From Smithellaceae bacterium (GTDB lineage: Bacteria > Desulfobacterota > Syntrophia > Syntrophales > Smithellaceae): 64,000 nucleotides of DNA. The notes beneath the pieces were generated by a model. The model was not told the DNA's origin. It did no database searches and saw only the letters and a list, made by a program, of their open reading frames with translations. Positions 49,728 to 60,029 of the stretch are shown one piece after another. Location: positions 64,001 to 128,000 of the forward strand of contig CAXXVL010000002.1 in assembly GCA_963667845.2 (NCBI GenBank), given 5' to 3'. Position 1 is the stretch's first letter. Every line of letters starts with the position of its first letter. A program made the position numbers and the translations under genes.

Positions 49728-50282
49728 CTATTTCATCGCAATCAACTCATCCGTGATTTTGAGAACAGCGTCGATCTCCGGTTTCGTCCACGGGGAGTTC
49801 TTATCGGTATACCTTAGATATTTGATCTTTTTGTCTTTGCCGATCAGCACAAACACCGACTTGCCTTTACAGTTGCCCAACCCCCAGGTCTTGGCCAGCG
49901 TCAGATCGACATCGGTCAGGATTGTGCTTTTATATTTTTCAATTTTACTCCTGACCATTTTTCGAATAAGAAAATTGGGCGCGGTGGAGTCCTTCATATT
50001 GGCGACTCCCATTCCCCTGTATACGTCCTTGCCGTATTTTTTTGCTTTCATGGCATCGTTCAGCGGATCACCTAAATCACCGACGCTGGAGTCGGCATAG
50101 GTCAGTGCAATCACGTGAGTGCCAAAATCCGGAAGCGTCGCCGGCTGATCGTTGGCATCCCGGATTTGAGGATTAGTCAGTTCCTGACCCACTTGCGCCG
50201 CGATTACCGATCCGGCGGCAAAAGCGACCATTGCACACCCAAAAAGAACAACAAAACTTTTCCATAAAAATGATCGATGCAT
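49728..50282 (-). CDS. YtfJ-family (thioredoxin-like) exported protein
   Basis: Signal peptide, LNDAMK, ILTD..LAKTWGL, VLIGK..IKY. Confidence 0.7.
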   Translation of the reverse strand: MHRSFLWKSFVVLFGCAMVAFAAGSVIAAQVGQELTNPQIRDANDQPATLPDFGTHVIALTYADSSVGDLGDPLNDAMKAKKYGKDVYRGMGVANMKDSTAPNFLIRKMVRSKIEKYKSTILTDVDLTLAKTWGLGNCKGKSVFVLIGKDKKIKYLRYTDKNSPWTKPEIDAVLKITDELIAMK

Positions 50283-50492
50283 ATTTAACCCTCCTTTGGT
50301 TTGATAAGAGCTCCCTCCGACGCTGAAAGATCGTGAGGAATGATTCTGTTACGCCACTCATAAAACCGCATCATGACGTACTGTCGCGTGAGCCTAAGGC
50401 ACCTGCCGTCTGCCTGTCAAGCCCAAACATCATGTGACCGGGCGGTCAGTGATTTTTTTTGCGAATGATACGTGTCCAAAGGATAAAATGAT

Positions 50493-50555
50493 TTCAATCC
50501 CGATCACTTGGGGACGAGCGTTAATTCCCTGTCGCTTGCTGTGAGGCGGTTGATT
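50493..50555 (+). repeat. Dispersed hairpin element, copy 6 (short form)
   Basis: TTCAATCCCGATCACTTGGGGACGAGCGTTAATTCCCTGTCGCTTGCTGTGAGGCGGTTGATT. Confidence 0.8.
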
Positions 50556-50616
50556 GGGACCCTATTCTTGATGAAGCCGCGTTATTCGTCCTCTCTACGT
50601 TGAACATGCAGCCAGA

Positions 50617-51621
50617 TCAAAACGTATGCGCAAGCGAAAAGTGAAACACCACGTCGGGCGCCGTTCCGACAATAATGTCTTCCGTAACACCGATGTCCAA
50701 CGACGTTTTCGGCGTGAAACGGAGCGTCCCTCCCATGGTCAGTTGGGCGGACGTTGCATTGATCTCTTTGAAATCACTGTCCGAATAAAATGATGTATGG
50801 GCGTTCGTCTGGATTTTCAATTCAATCCAGTCGGCAGGGCTCACACCCAGCCCCAGCGCACCGAAACCGACCAGCGGACGCTGCTGGTCCGAAAGTACCC
50901 TGCCTTTCGTCAAACCCATCGCTCCGGCCGCGCCGAATATCGTCACTTGCCCCAATGAAAATTGCTGCCCCCAATTGCCGATCATCCACGCAGACAGGTC
51001 CGTGCTGCCGCTCCCGCGCAGGGTACCCGCATCGCCTGTGGGAAGTTTCAAACTTCCGCGCAGGGTCAGATTCCGCCGGCTATCGGCACTCCGGTAAATC
51101 TGCCAGGCGGCGCTCATGCTCACGTCACCCACCCCCTGGCCGGATTGCTCCATGTTCAAAAGCGTGACACCATTTTTCTGATAGCGGTAAAGCAGGCGGT
51201 TTTTCGGCGCCAGTTCCCGGCCTCCGTTGGGGAAGCCGAATGTCGAGTGATAGGATTCGATGAAGTTGTCAAGGAAACCGCCGCCGATCACGAGGAACGG
51301 AACGGCGATGCCCAGTTCCAGTGAATGTCCGATGCCGTACCGGCCGGAAACCGTCAAACGTGTGCTTTCGCCGTCCAGCACCAGGCTTTCGGCTGCGTTC
51401 AGTTCATTGACGTAGTTATTGGCCTGATCCAGCGTCAGGCGCAGGGTACCTTCCGACCTCGCGGCAACCTTTGCAGTGCCGATGGCCGGCAGGCCGTAAA
51501 CGGCAATGAGCGGGCTTTGGTTTTGCGTCTGAAAAGGCAGGATGTCGATCGCCTCGCCTTTGACTGCACCCAGCGCCAGAAGCATCAAAAGAAAAGCAGA
51601 GCGCACAAGCTTTCTCATCAT
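50617..51621 (-). CDS. DUF3187-family outer-membrane protein
   Basis: NQSP, LDGE, GGFLD-x-FIE-x-YH-x-x-FG, GVGD, KLPTG, ED..APD, C-terminal Phe. Confidence 0.8.
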   Translation of the reverse strand: MMRKLVRSAFLLMLLALGAVKGEAIDILPFQTQNQSPLIAVYGLPAIGTAKVAARSEGTLRLTLDQANNYVNELNAAESLVLDGESTRLTVSGRYGIGHSLELGIAVPFLVIGGGFLDNFIESYHSTFGFPNGGRELAPKNRLLYRYQKNGVTLLNMEQSGQGVGDVSMSAAWQIYRSADSRRNLTLRGSLKLPTGDAGTLRGSGSTDLSAWMIGNWGQQFSLGQVTIFGAAGAMGLTKGRVLSDQQRPLVGFGALGLGVSPADWIELKIQTNAHTSFYSDSDFKEINATSAQLTMGGTLRFTPKTSLDIGVTEDIIVGTAPDVVFHFSLAHTF

Positions 51622-51665
51622 ATCGATCGGTCATCCTTTTTTTCTAGTATTGACCCGTCGGGGCA

Positions 51666-52916
51666 TCAGAAGATCAGTTTGTTAAGCCGCTTGATAAGCG
51701 ACTGCGCCGGAGCGAAATCACTCCGGATGTTCAATATCTTTTCACAGTCGGAGAGAGCCTGGGTATAGAGCTTCATCTCGTAGAGCGTCTGAGCCCGCCC
51801 CCAGAAGCCGTCGATCTGCGAAGGATTAATGGCAACGGAACGGTCATAGTCTTCCAGCGAGCGGTCATAGCGCTTCAAAACGCGGAAGGTCAACGCCCGG
51901 TTATTGTAACAGCGCACGTTTTCCTGATCGTAACTCAAGGATTTGGAAAAATCACGGATCGCCCGCAGATAATCGGACAGGCCGAAAAACGCCATGCCCC
52001 GGTGATTGTAAACGAGCGATCGCACTGAATCCTTTATTTTCAGGCGCAGGATGGATGTGTAAATTTCGATGGCCTTATCCAGTTGCCCGCCGCTGTGCGC
52101 GGAAAGCGCCGCCATGAGCGCCTTCTCCAGATTCGCCTCTCCCATGACGGAATCGAGATCGCTCGCGACAGCGGGCTCCAAGGTTTTTTCCGGCAAGAAT
52201 TGCAAATCCGCGTCGATGGCCGGATGAGCGGCAGGCGAGACTTCCAGGCTCTGGCGCCGCTTGCGGTCGCGCTCCCTGATTTCCTTCTGATAGTCGCGGA
52301 TTTCCTGAAAGATCAGGTCCGAAAGCGTAAGGGTGGCATTGAGCGATGCCAGTTTGCGCCGGATGGATGCATTGGGCAGCGTGATGTCGGACTTGTAGAT
52401 GAGTTCGTGCTCGACTTCCGCCCAGGCATCCTGAAGCGTCGTTCGCAGTTGCACTTCGCAAACGTCAGCCGTAAAGGGCAGCTCCTGTTTACGGTAGATG
52501 GGATCGATCCGGATCAGGAAATGAACCGCGTCATAACCGAACTCTCCTATGGAATTGCGCGAGCCCTTCCTTTCCAGTTCGACGACACTGAAATTGGCTT
52601 TAATCAGGTTTTCGACAACATTCAGATCTTCCAGAAAAGGGCAGACAATCCTCAGACCCAGAATGTCCGTAATGGCCGCGGCATCACTGCCCTGTTCGTG
52701 ACGGGACAGTTTGATCAATTTATCAAAGTAAGCTTCAAACCGTTTGACGCGGTGCCGGACCGTGAAAGAAGCGCCATGGATCTCCAGGATGGATTTCACC
52801 TGCTGATTCAGCGATTGCAGAATCTCGTCATAAACCGGAGAGAGTTCTTCATAGATGGCTTTGAGCCGGCTGCGATCCAGGTCCTCGGGCAATATGAAGG
52901 CCAACTGATCATTCAT
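51666..52916 (-). CDS. RelA/SpoT-domain small alarmone synthetase with C-terminal TPR repeats
   Basis: RVK..K, DILGLRIV, GYDAVH, EVQLRT..QDAWAEVEH. TPR motifs YNHRG and YNNRA. Confidence 0.9.
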   Translation of the reverse strand: MNDQLAFILPEDLDRSRLKAIYEELSPVYDEILQSLNQQVKSILEIHGASFTVRHRVKRFEAYFDKLIKLSRHEQGSDAAAITDILGLRIVCPFLEDLNVVENLIKANFSVVELERKGSRNSIGEFGYDAVHFLIRIDPIYRKQELPFTADVCEVQLRTTLQDAWAEVEHELIYKSDITLPNASIRRKLASLNATLTLSDLIFQEIRDYQKEIRERDRKRRQSLEVSPAAHPAIDADLQFLPEKTLEPAVASDLDSVMGEANLEKALMAALSAHSGGQLDKAIEIYTSILRLKIKDSVRSLVYNHRGMAFFGLSDYLRAIRDFSKSLSYDQENVRCYNNRALTFRVLKRYDRSLEDYDRSVAINPSQIDGFWGRAQTLYEMKLYTQALSDCEKILNIRSDFAPAQSLIKRLNKLIF

Positions 52917-52933
52917 GAACCGTCACCCCTGTT

Positions 52934-53542
52934 CTAAATATCGGGCTCGCTCAAATGACTGCGGTCGTTGAGGGTTTCGATATGCGCCTGCCCGCCGCTT
53001 ACCCGAATCACTGTTTTCGATGCAGTGCCCACGCACGTGCTGCGAAATTCGGCAAGACTGATATTGCGCACGCGGCAGAGTATCGCGGCAATCGTAAAGT
53101 TGTGGGCAACCACCAGGGCGTTCTGCCCGCCGGCGATAATCCTCTCCATGGTCTGCCAGGCGCGTTCCTGCAGCTCTGTGAGCGTCTCTCCGCACGGCAT
53201 CCGGACGGACGCGGGGTCGGCAACCCAGCGTTTAAGGAATTCCTTTTCGCGGGCCATCAGTTCCTTGAAAGACAGACCTTCAAAATCGCCCTGATCCATC
53301 TCCATCAAGCCGGGATGAATATCAATCACCTTCCCGTGAAAGTCGTTGATGATTTCGGCGGTCCGATAGGCCCGTTTGAGCGGGCTTGCATGAATGGCGC
53401 CGACATCGGCATCCTTCAGAGACAGGGCCAGGCGTTTCGCCTGTTCGATGCCTGTCTCACTTAATTCAATATCACTTACGCCCTGTATCCGGCCCTCTTT
53501 ATTCCAAAGCGTTTCGCCATGACGAATCAGTATCAGTTGCAT
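52934..53542 (-). CDS. Histidine phosphatase (phosphoglycerate mutase / CobC-like)
   Basis: RHGET, SPLKRA, E-x-D-x-G-x-FEG, VVAH, LND-x-SHL. Confidence 0.9.
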   Translation of the reverse strand: MQLILIRHGETLWNKEGRIQGVSDIELSETGIEQAKRLALSLKDADVGAIHASPLKRAYRTAEIINDFHGKVIDIHPGLMEMDQGDFEGLSFKELMAREKEFLKRWVADPASVRMPCGETLTELQERAWQTMERIIAGGQNALVVAHNFTIAAILCRVRNISLAEFRSTCVGTASKTVIRVSGGQAHIETLNDRSHLSEPDI

Positions 53543-53600
53543 ATTATTACCCCGGCGGCCTGAGGCACGCCAAGGCCTCCGGCCGTCCGGAAAAATTTAT

Positions 53601-54650
53601 TTAAGCCTTATAGGCGTTGATTTTCGCGATCGTGGCTTCCGCTTCGCTGATCACGCGGTCGATCAACTCTTTGGTCGTCGGGTCGTCCATGATGCCACCG
53701 CAGCACTGTCCCGCAAAGAGAATGCCGCCTTCCACGTCGCCTTCATTCAGTGCTTTGAGGTGTTTCATGTTGCCCACGGCCTGGCGCGCAAGCACCATCA
53801 AAGGATGGCCTTCCTCGGCCCGGAGCATGTCAATGCTGACGCCGACAAATTTGGCAAAGGACAGGTTCATCAGGCGCTTGACGAGGAGCGCGCCCTTGAC
53901 GGCTTCCACCACCGGAAATCCGCGCTTCGTCATTGCTTCGGCTTCTTTGGTTTTCAGCACCCGGCCGTCCATGCCGTCAAAGACGTTGTCGTAGAGCGTA
54001 TCCTGCTCGGTCGCCGCGATGCACAGCTTCTTGAAGTTGTCGTGCACCATGCTTTCCTTTACGACCATGAAACGGCTGCCCATGGAAATACCGTCCGCAC
54101 CCAGAGCCAGCGCTGCGGCCAGTCCCCTGCCGTCGTAAAATCCGCCGGCTGCGATGAGCGGTACCTTGACCATCGAGGCCACCAGGGGGATCAGGACCAT
54201 CGAGGTGGCGGCTGCGCCATGCGCCGCCGCTTCGTGGCCGGTGATCACCAGCGCGTCGCAGCCCAGCTGCACGGCCTTGGCCGCATGCTTGGCAATGGCG
54301 ATCGTGCCGACAACTTTTCCGCCGTAAGCATGCACGTCGTTTACAAACCACGGCTTTCCCAGGGAGTAATTGATGATGGGAACTTTCTCTTCGATGGCGA
54401 CGGCGATATTTTCTTTCGCGCCGGGACCCACGAGGATCTGATTCACGCCGAAGGGTTTATCCGTCATCTGGCGGATCTGCCGGATGTTGTCCCGCGTCTC
54501 CTTCGGATTGCAGCGCGCAATGGCCAGGATGCCCAGCCCCCCCGCGTTGCAAACGGCCGATACCAGCTTGGGTTCCGTGATCCAGTTCATCCCGGCGAGC
54601 ATTATAGGGTGCTCAATGCCGAACATTTCCGTCATTCTTGTCTTGAACAT
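53601..54650 (-). CDS. Nitronate monooxygenase / FabK-like enoyl reductase
   Basis: HPIMLAGM, NAGGLG, GHEAAAHG, AAGG..DGRG, MGSRF. Confidence 0.9.
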   Translation of the reverse strand: MFKTRMTEMFGIEHPIMLAGMNWITEPKLVSAVCNAGGLGILAIARCNPKETRDNIRQIRQMTDKPFGVNQILVGPGAKENIAVAIEEKVPIINYSLGKPWFVNDVHAYGGKVVGTIAIAKHAAKAVQLGCDALVITGHEAAAHGAAATSMVLIPLVASMVKVPLIAAGGFYDGRGLAAALALGADGISMGSRFMVVKESMVHDNFKKLCIAATEQDTLYDNVFDGMDGRVLKTKEAEAMTKRGFPVVEAVKGALLVKRLMNLSFAKFVGVSIDMLRAEEGHPLMVLARQAVGNMKHLKALNEGDVEGGILFAGQCCGGIMDDPTTKELIDRVISEAEATIAKINAYKA

Positions 54651-54773
54651 AGGTCTCTCCTTATCTGTAATCAAATTATTTTGATATATCTCGTCATGTG
54701 TTCTTTTCCGGCCAGAAGCATAAGAGAAGAGGAAGTCGATGTCAAAGCAATTTTACTGAGAGCTCCGAAACGG

Positions 54774-54815
54774 AAAAGCGCCCGCAGCCGGGAGCCGGTC
54801 ATGCGGGCGCTTTTT
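54774..54815. terminator. Intrinsic terminator
   Basis: AAAAGCGCCCGCA ... TGCGGGCGCTTTTT. Confidence 0.65.
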
Positions 54816-54854
54816 CAACCGGAATCTTTCTGTCCGGAAGATGTTTTACCGTCG

Positions 54855-56093
54855 TTAATCGATATTCATGAAGACGATCTGCGTGCTCCCCTTGGTGATC
54901 TTCTTGATCTTGTCCGCTTCTTTCTGCGATTTCGTCCACCACGCATACAAGTGGGGCTGCGTAAATTTGCCGTATTTCATGGTTTGCACAACCGCCATGC
55001 AGAGCATTCGTCCAGTGGGCGTCATGGCCATAAATTCCATGGGATAACGGTCGCCCAGCATCGGGAATACCCGGGGAAACGCCCCGCGAATCGCATAAAC
55101 GTTATCTACCGTACCCGCTTCGGCAATGGCCAGCGCCAGGGCATGCATGGATGTGTAGTTGATAACGCTTTCCCATGTGACGTTTCTTTTATAAATATCT
55201 TTATAGGTCTGGATGAACCGAGCCGATGCCGGATAAGGCACGTCTGTCACTTTCGCCGTCCCGATGCATCCCTCCATGCCCAGCGGTTTTTGCATCACCG
55301 ATTGGATGGCGTCCAGTTTGGCCTGATCAATCAACACAAAACCGCCTTCAAATCCTCGGGCACGCGCCTGCTCAATGATCATGGCCGTGGTAGCCGAAGG
55401 GCCGCCGATGAGCATAAAATCGGGATTCGTCGCCATTGCTTCAGCAAGCGGCACGGTAAAATCTGTCCGGGTATAATAGTTGGCCGGCTTATCCGCCGTG
55501 ATGATGCCGCCCTTTTTCACCCACTCGTTGCTGAATACTTTGCGCCAGGCTTCCCCATAAGCACCGGCGGTAACCACCATGGCACACTTGCGCCAGCCTT
55601 TTTCCCAGGCAAGCTGGGCTTCAATTTTACTGTAAATCGTGAACGGCATCGTCAATGTTACGGTCAGTTTATTTCCCATTTCGGACACCGTGGGCACGCT
55701 GGTATAGGCCATGACGAGAAATTCATTCTTCTTCTCCGTATTCATTTTCATCAGCGCCTGAAGATTGCCGAAGACGGGATTAAAAATGGCAATGGCCTTG
55801 TGTTCTTTGCGCAGCTTCTGCGCATTCGCCACGGTAAATTCCGGATTAATCTTGTCGTCCATCTTCTCGAACCGGAAGGTGTATTTTTTACCTTTTACGA
55901 CAATGCCGCCCTTGGAGTTGATTTCATTAACGGCCATATCGATGCCATTCACGCAATCCTGTCCGTATTCTGCGGCGGGACCGGAGAGCGGCCCGGTGTA
56001 GCCGATCACGATGTCCTCCGCCCCGGCAACCGCCGCCCACATTATTGCTAGAATCATTGCTGTAAGAAAGGTAAAGCTAATACGTTTTCTCAT
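54855..56093 (-). CDS. ABC transporter substrate-binding protein (branched-chain family)
   Basis: Signal peptide, IGYTGPLSGPAAEYG, EIN-x-x-GGI, TDF. Confidence 0.9.
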   Translation of the reverse strand: MRKRISFTFLTAMILAIMWAAVAGAEDIVIGYTGPLSGPAAEYGQDCVNGIDMAVNEINSKGGIVVKGKKYTFRFEKMDDKINPEFTVANAQKLRKEHKAIAIFNPVFGNLQALMKMNTEKKNEFLVMAYTSVPTVSEMGNKLTVTLTMPFTIYSKIEAQLAWEKGWRKCAMVVTAGAYGEAWRKVFSNEWVKKGGIITADKPANYYTRTDFTVPLAEAMATNPDFMLIGGPSATTAMIIEQARARGFEGGFVLIDQAKLDAIQSVMQKPLGMEGCIGTAKVTDVPYPASARFIQTYKDIYKRNVTWESVINYTSMHALALAIAEAGTVDNVYAIRGAFPRVFPMLGDRYPMEFMAMTPTGRMLCMAVVQTMKYGKFTQPHLYAWWTKSQKEADKIKKITKGSTQIVFMNID

Positions 56094-56315
56094 ACGTCTT
56101 CCCCCTTTATTCTTATGAACTTTAACCGGCTTGAAAAATATGCATGCAAATTAACAAAATTTCTAGCCTTTTGCAAGGAATCAAAAATATCTACGACCGC
56201 CCGTCATTGGTTCTTAAGGCTTTTGCCGCCTGCCGATCCGGGTCATTGACAATGCCGTTCATTCTGATAAAAAGCGCAAATGAGTTATTGCATGTGATTT
56301 TGAAAGGTGATGAAA

Positions 56316-56789
56316 ATGAAGCTTGTGACCGAACAGCTGGTGAATGAGTTAGCGGATAAGGCCGGAATGACTGAGCGTCTGAGAACCAATTACAATATCC
56401 ATGAATCCTTATCCGATCCTGTGCAGCGATTATTCATCGCCGCCTGCCGGGCATCCTATTTCCGCCCGCACCGGCATCCGGGGAAAAGCGAGTTTGCCCT
56501 GATCATCCGCGGCCTGTTTGATGTGCTGCTGTTCGACGGCGACGGCACTCTCACCGAGCGGATATCGGCCGGGCCGCAAACAGACATCCTGGCCCTGGAA
56601 GTTCCGGCGGATATTTATCACACCTGGATCCCAGTCGCCCAGCAGTCAGTATTCTTTGAAGTCAAACAGGGGCCTTACGACGCGGCGACCTCGCTTGATT
56701 TCGCCCCGTGGTCGCCGCAGGAAGGGTCGGCGAAAGTAAAAGCATTTCAGGCAAAGCTTGCCGCCCTGAACGTCGGCGACCGGATCTGA
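56316..56789 (+). CDS. WbuC-family cupin metalloprotein
   Basis: RLRTNYNIH..DPVQR, RPHRH, YHT, FEVKQGPY, FAPWSP. Confidence 0.88.
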   Translation: MKLVTEQLVNELADKAGMTERLRTNYNIHESLSDPVQRLFIAACRASYFRPHRHPGKSEFALIIRGLFDVLLFDGDGTLTERISAGPQTDILALEVPADIYHTWIPVAQQSVFFEVKQGPYDAATSLDFAPWSPQEGSAKVKAFQAKLAALNVGDRI

Positions 56790-56854
56790 TTTAAAGCGTC
56801 CGATCGCCCGCACGTGCAGGCTTTAGCACTTTGATGGGTATCAGGCCTGCGGCC

Positions 56855-57148
56855 TCAGCATCTCTCGATTTCCGTGAGGACGGACATTTCCGGCCGGCCG
56901 CCGACAAACGCGGCGCTGGTCTTGAAAAATTCCTTGAAGTAGGGCGTAGTGGAATGATGATCGAGGGCGGCCTTATCCTTGTATTGTTCAACCACTACCA
57001 GCACGTTGGGATTGGCCGTATCGCGGTTGAGGCAATACAGAACGGTGCCCTCTTCCCCGGCCACTTTGGACATCAGGCCCTTGAAGGCGGCTACGGCTTC
57101 GTCCATTTTTCCTTCTTTAATAGGCAGTTTGGCTACGACGGTTATCAT
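56855..57148 (-). CDS. Antibiotic biosynthesis monooxygenase (ABM) family protein
   Basis: EEGT-x-x-Y, VEQY-x-D-x-AAL-x-x-H, TPYF. AGGAGG RBS. Confidence 0.88.
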   Translation of the reverse strand: MITVVAKLPIKEGKMDEAVAAFKGLMSKVAGEEGTVLYCLNRDTANPNVLVVVEQYKDKAALDHHSTTPYFKEFFKTSAAFVGGRPEMSVLTEIERC

Positions 57149-57313
57149 TTTGACTCCTCCTTTATAGTTATATGAGATTTAAAATCCGTCACTCCATAAC
57201 ATATCAGCGGCTCTTCAGGCAAGGCGTCCGCATGTTTTCCTACCCGAATTTCGTGTCCAGGTGATCTATCAGCAAGATATACCTAGGTATTCCGGCAGTT
57301 CTATTTATTTCTT

Positions 57314-57342
57314 TTGACATATGAAAACGATTTCCATATACT
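57314..57342 (+). promoter_or_regulatory. Putative sigma70 promoter
   Basis: TTGACA-N17-TATACT. Confidence 0.6.
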
Positions 57343-57398
57343 CCACGGCCTTGCGCTAAGTCTCAAAGCGCAGACAAGAAGGGAGTTTTTCGTAAAGC

Positions 57399-58385
57399 AT
57401 GATTTACCTGCATGGTGTCGGGCACTTTCATCCCGAAAATGTAATTAGCAACAAATTCTTGGAAGAATTGAATATCGGTACGACGGTGGAATGGATTATG
57501 GAACGCGTCGGCATTGCGACGCGGCGAACCATTCTGCCTCTGGATTATATCCGCGAGACCAAAAACGCACGCCCCTGGGAAACGGACCGGGTCCGCCTCT
57601 ATTCCAACGCTCAGATGGGAGCGGCTGCCGCGCGGATGGCCGTTGACCGCGCAGGCATCAAGGTGGAGGATATCGGAATGGTTATTTCCGGAAGCTCTCT
57701 GCCGCAGTATCTCACGCCTCCCGAAGCATCAACCGTCGCCGGCACGCTGGGGATTGATGTTCCCTGTTTTGACATCAATGCGGCCTGCGCCACCTTTGGC
57801 GCACAGATGTGGCACCTCGACTCGGTCAAGCCGGAGAAAATGCCGCCGTATATTCTGGTCACGAACATCGAATGCCCAACGCCCAGCACGGACTACGCAG
57901 ACCGACGGTCGGCCGTTCTCTTCGGCGATTGCGCCTCTGCGACCATCGTGTCGCTTACCGTGCCTTCCAATAAGATCTTTACCGGCTGCGAAATGACCTC
58001 CAAACCGACGATGTGGGACAAAGCGGTGGTCCCCCGCTGGAGTTATTTTACGCAGGACGGCAACGCCGTTCAGGGGTTTGCTATTCGCAAAACAACGGAC
58101 TGCCTGCGCAACCTTCAGGCCCTGTTTCCTCACGTCGACAAGGAACATTTCTATTTTGCCGGACACCAGGCCAACCTCGGCGTTCTCCAGAGTGCCTGCG
58201 AGCGCACGGGAATTTCGCCTGAAAAGCACTGGCACAACGTCGAGTTTTACGGCAATGTCGGCTCCGCCAGCGTGCCCACGCTTTTGAGCCAGCACTGGGA
58301 TGAGCTTCGCCCGGGAGATCATGTCGCGATCGCCATCGTCGGGGCGGGACTGGCGTGGGCACAGATGATGCTCATCATTCAATAA
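57399..58385 (+). CDS. fabH: Beta-ketoacyl-ACP synthase III
   Basis: DINAAC, LFGD, HQAN and GNVGSAS give an intact Cys-His-Asn triad. Confidence 0.9.
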   Translation: MIYLHGVGHFHPENVISNKFLEELNIGTTVEWIMERVGIATRRTILPLDYIRETKNARPWETDRVRLYSNAQMGAAAARMAVDRAGIKVEDIGMVISGSSLPQYLTPPEASTVAGTLGIDVPCFDINAACATFGAQMWHLDSVKPEKMPPYILVTNIECPTPSTDYADRRSAVLFGDCASATIVSLTVPSNKIFTGCEMTSKPTMWDKAVVPRWSYFTQDGNAVQGFAIRKTTDCLRNLQALFPHVDKEHFYFAGHQANLGVLQSACERTGISPEKHWHNVEFYGNVGSASVPTLLSQHWDELRPGDHVAIAIVGAGLAWAQMMLIIQ

Positions 58386-58397
58386 TCATTTAAAAAT

Positions 58398-58444
58398 CCG
58401 GAGACGGTTTTTTTGCCGGCACTGTCGGCAAAAACCGTCTCCGG
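58398..58444 (+). terminator. Long hairpin downstream of fabH
   Basis: CCGGAGACGGTTTTT..GCCGGCA / TGTCGGCAAAAACCGTCTCCGG. Confidence 0.5.
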
Positions 58445-58651
58445 CAGACGATTTTATCTCCAGCATTTGCAGCTCCCTGCTTTATTCAATTCCGGGTATC
58501 TTTATTCAACAATTGAGCACTCGCGCCCTGACAACTTACTTGCCGCTTTGCAATCCGGAACCATTTTTTTGACATTCCATCGTACCATATCTATATTTAA
58601 TTCGTTGCTGTAAAAAAAGTTTTTACCGATGACTGCGCCGGGAATAAATCC

Positions 58652-59749
58652 ATGAATTTCATTCAAAGATTTGATGACAGGGCAGGGAAACGGCATGCGC
58701 GGGTACACCGTTGGAGAGTTGCGCTCTGTGCGGCCCTTTTCATCGGATTCTTCTTTTTTTTCAGTGCGGGAAACGCATTCTGCGACGATGCGGAAAAGGA
58801 CTGGAACAGGCTGTCCGGACCGATCCCCCTCATTAACCAATCCCCGATCCAACTCCTGTTTCTCCAAACACCCCCGGACAGGGCCGAAACTTACCCGCAG
58901 GGAAAATTTTCCGTGAACCTGATGTCCTCCATTGCCAATACGCTTTTGTGGGATCAATCGGGCGGCTATCTGGGCTATGTTGATACGGAAATTATCAGGT
59001 CCAGTCTCGAATTAAAGTATGGGATCCTCTCCAGGCTTGAAATCGGTATGTCCATTCCCTTCATGTACGGTTCCGGCGGTTTTATGGACCACGGGATACT
59101 GGAGTTTGAAAAATTATTCGGCGCTTCGAGGCACTTGAGAGAGAACGAGGACAATGGAGGATGGGCCAATCAGTATACCTATAAGGTATCCAGGAACGGC
59201 AAGGTTTTTATCCAGGGGAATAATGGATCTTCAGGGCTGGGGGATATTGCGCTGAGACTGAAGGGTAAGATACTGAACGAAAGCGACATTTTGCCGTACG
59301 TGAGCGCCCGGTTCTCCGTCAAGCTGCCGACGGGCGACGAAGACCGGGCATTCGGAAGCGGGGCCGTGGATTACGGTTGCGGCCTGCTCTTACAAAAAAC
59401 CGTATTGAAGAGGCTTACCACTTACTTCAATGCCGACGTTGTTTTCCCGGGTCAGGCCTATAAGCAGGTCGATGTCTCCCTGCAGACGTTTTATAATCTT
59501 ATGCTGGGCACCGAGATTAAGCTGACTCACGGCTTATCCGTCATGGCGCAGCTCAGCTATATCACCCGACCGTTTAGGGACACGGGTCTTGATCTGCTGG
59601 ATAGTCGAATATGGGATCTCCTCCTGGGTTTAAGCTATGTAACGAAAGGCGGCTACTTTGTCCAGGGTGGTCTGGTCGAGGATATCATTGGATCATCAGA
59701 TGCCAGCGCCGACATTGTTTTCTTTATAAACGTGGGGAAAAACTTTTAA
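58652..59749 (+). CDS. DUF3187-family outer-membrane protein (second paralog)
   Basis: NQSP, GGFMD..F..LFG, GLGD, KLPTG, ED..AD, C-terminal Phe. TTGACA-N17-TATATT at 58569-58597. Confidence 0.78.
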   Translation: MNFIQRFDDRAGKRHARVHRWRVALCAALFIGFFFFFSAGNAFCDDAEKDWNRLSGPIPLINQSPIQLLFLQTPPDRAETYPQGKFSVNLMSSIANTLLWDQSGGYLGYVDTEIIRSSLELKYGILSRLEIGMSIPFMYGSGGFMDHGILEFEKLFGASRHLRENEDNGGWANQYTYKVSRNGKVFIQGNNGSSGLGDIALRLKGKILNESDILPYVSARFSVKLPTGDEDRAFGSGAVDYGCGLLLQKTVLKRLTTYFNADVVFPGQAYKQVDVSLQTFYNLMLGTEIKLTHGLSVMAQLSYITRPFRDTGLDLLDSRIWDLLLGLSYVTKGGYFVQGGLVEDIIGSSDASADIVFFINVGKNF

Positions 59750-60029
59750 TCCGGATTTCACGGGCCGCATGCGGGCCGATCGCGGGATTTTTTTTGAGTA
59801 GAACGGATCGTTTCACACAGCATATCCGGATGGCAAAAGGCGATTTAGAAGCACACAAGACTGCCTGCGCCGTAACGCCCTTGACGAGATGGCCGTATTG
59901 AGCCGGGAACAGCAGACACATCTCCATCAAAAGCCGCTCTTGATCTTTATCGATGCAAGTATTATTAGCGTATGAATAAATAGCATCAGCTCACCGGTCT
60001 TTCAAAGGTAAGTGATGGAGGATATGATT

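Noticed and set aside
53760..56051. 763-aa plus-strand ORF
   Set aside because: Antisense shadow of two well-supported minus-strand genes; no motifs and atypical composition.
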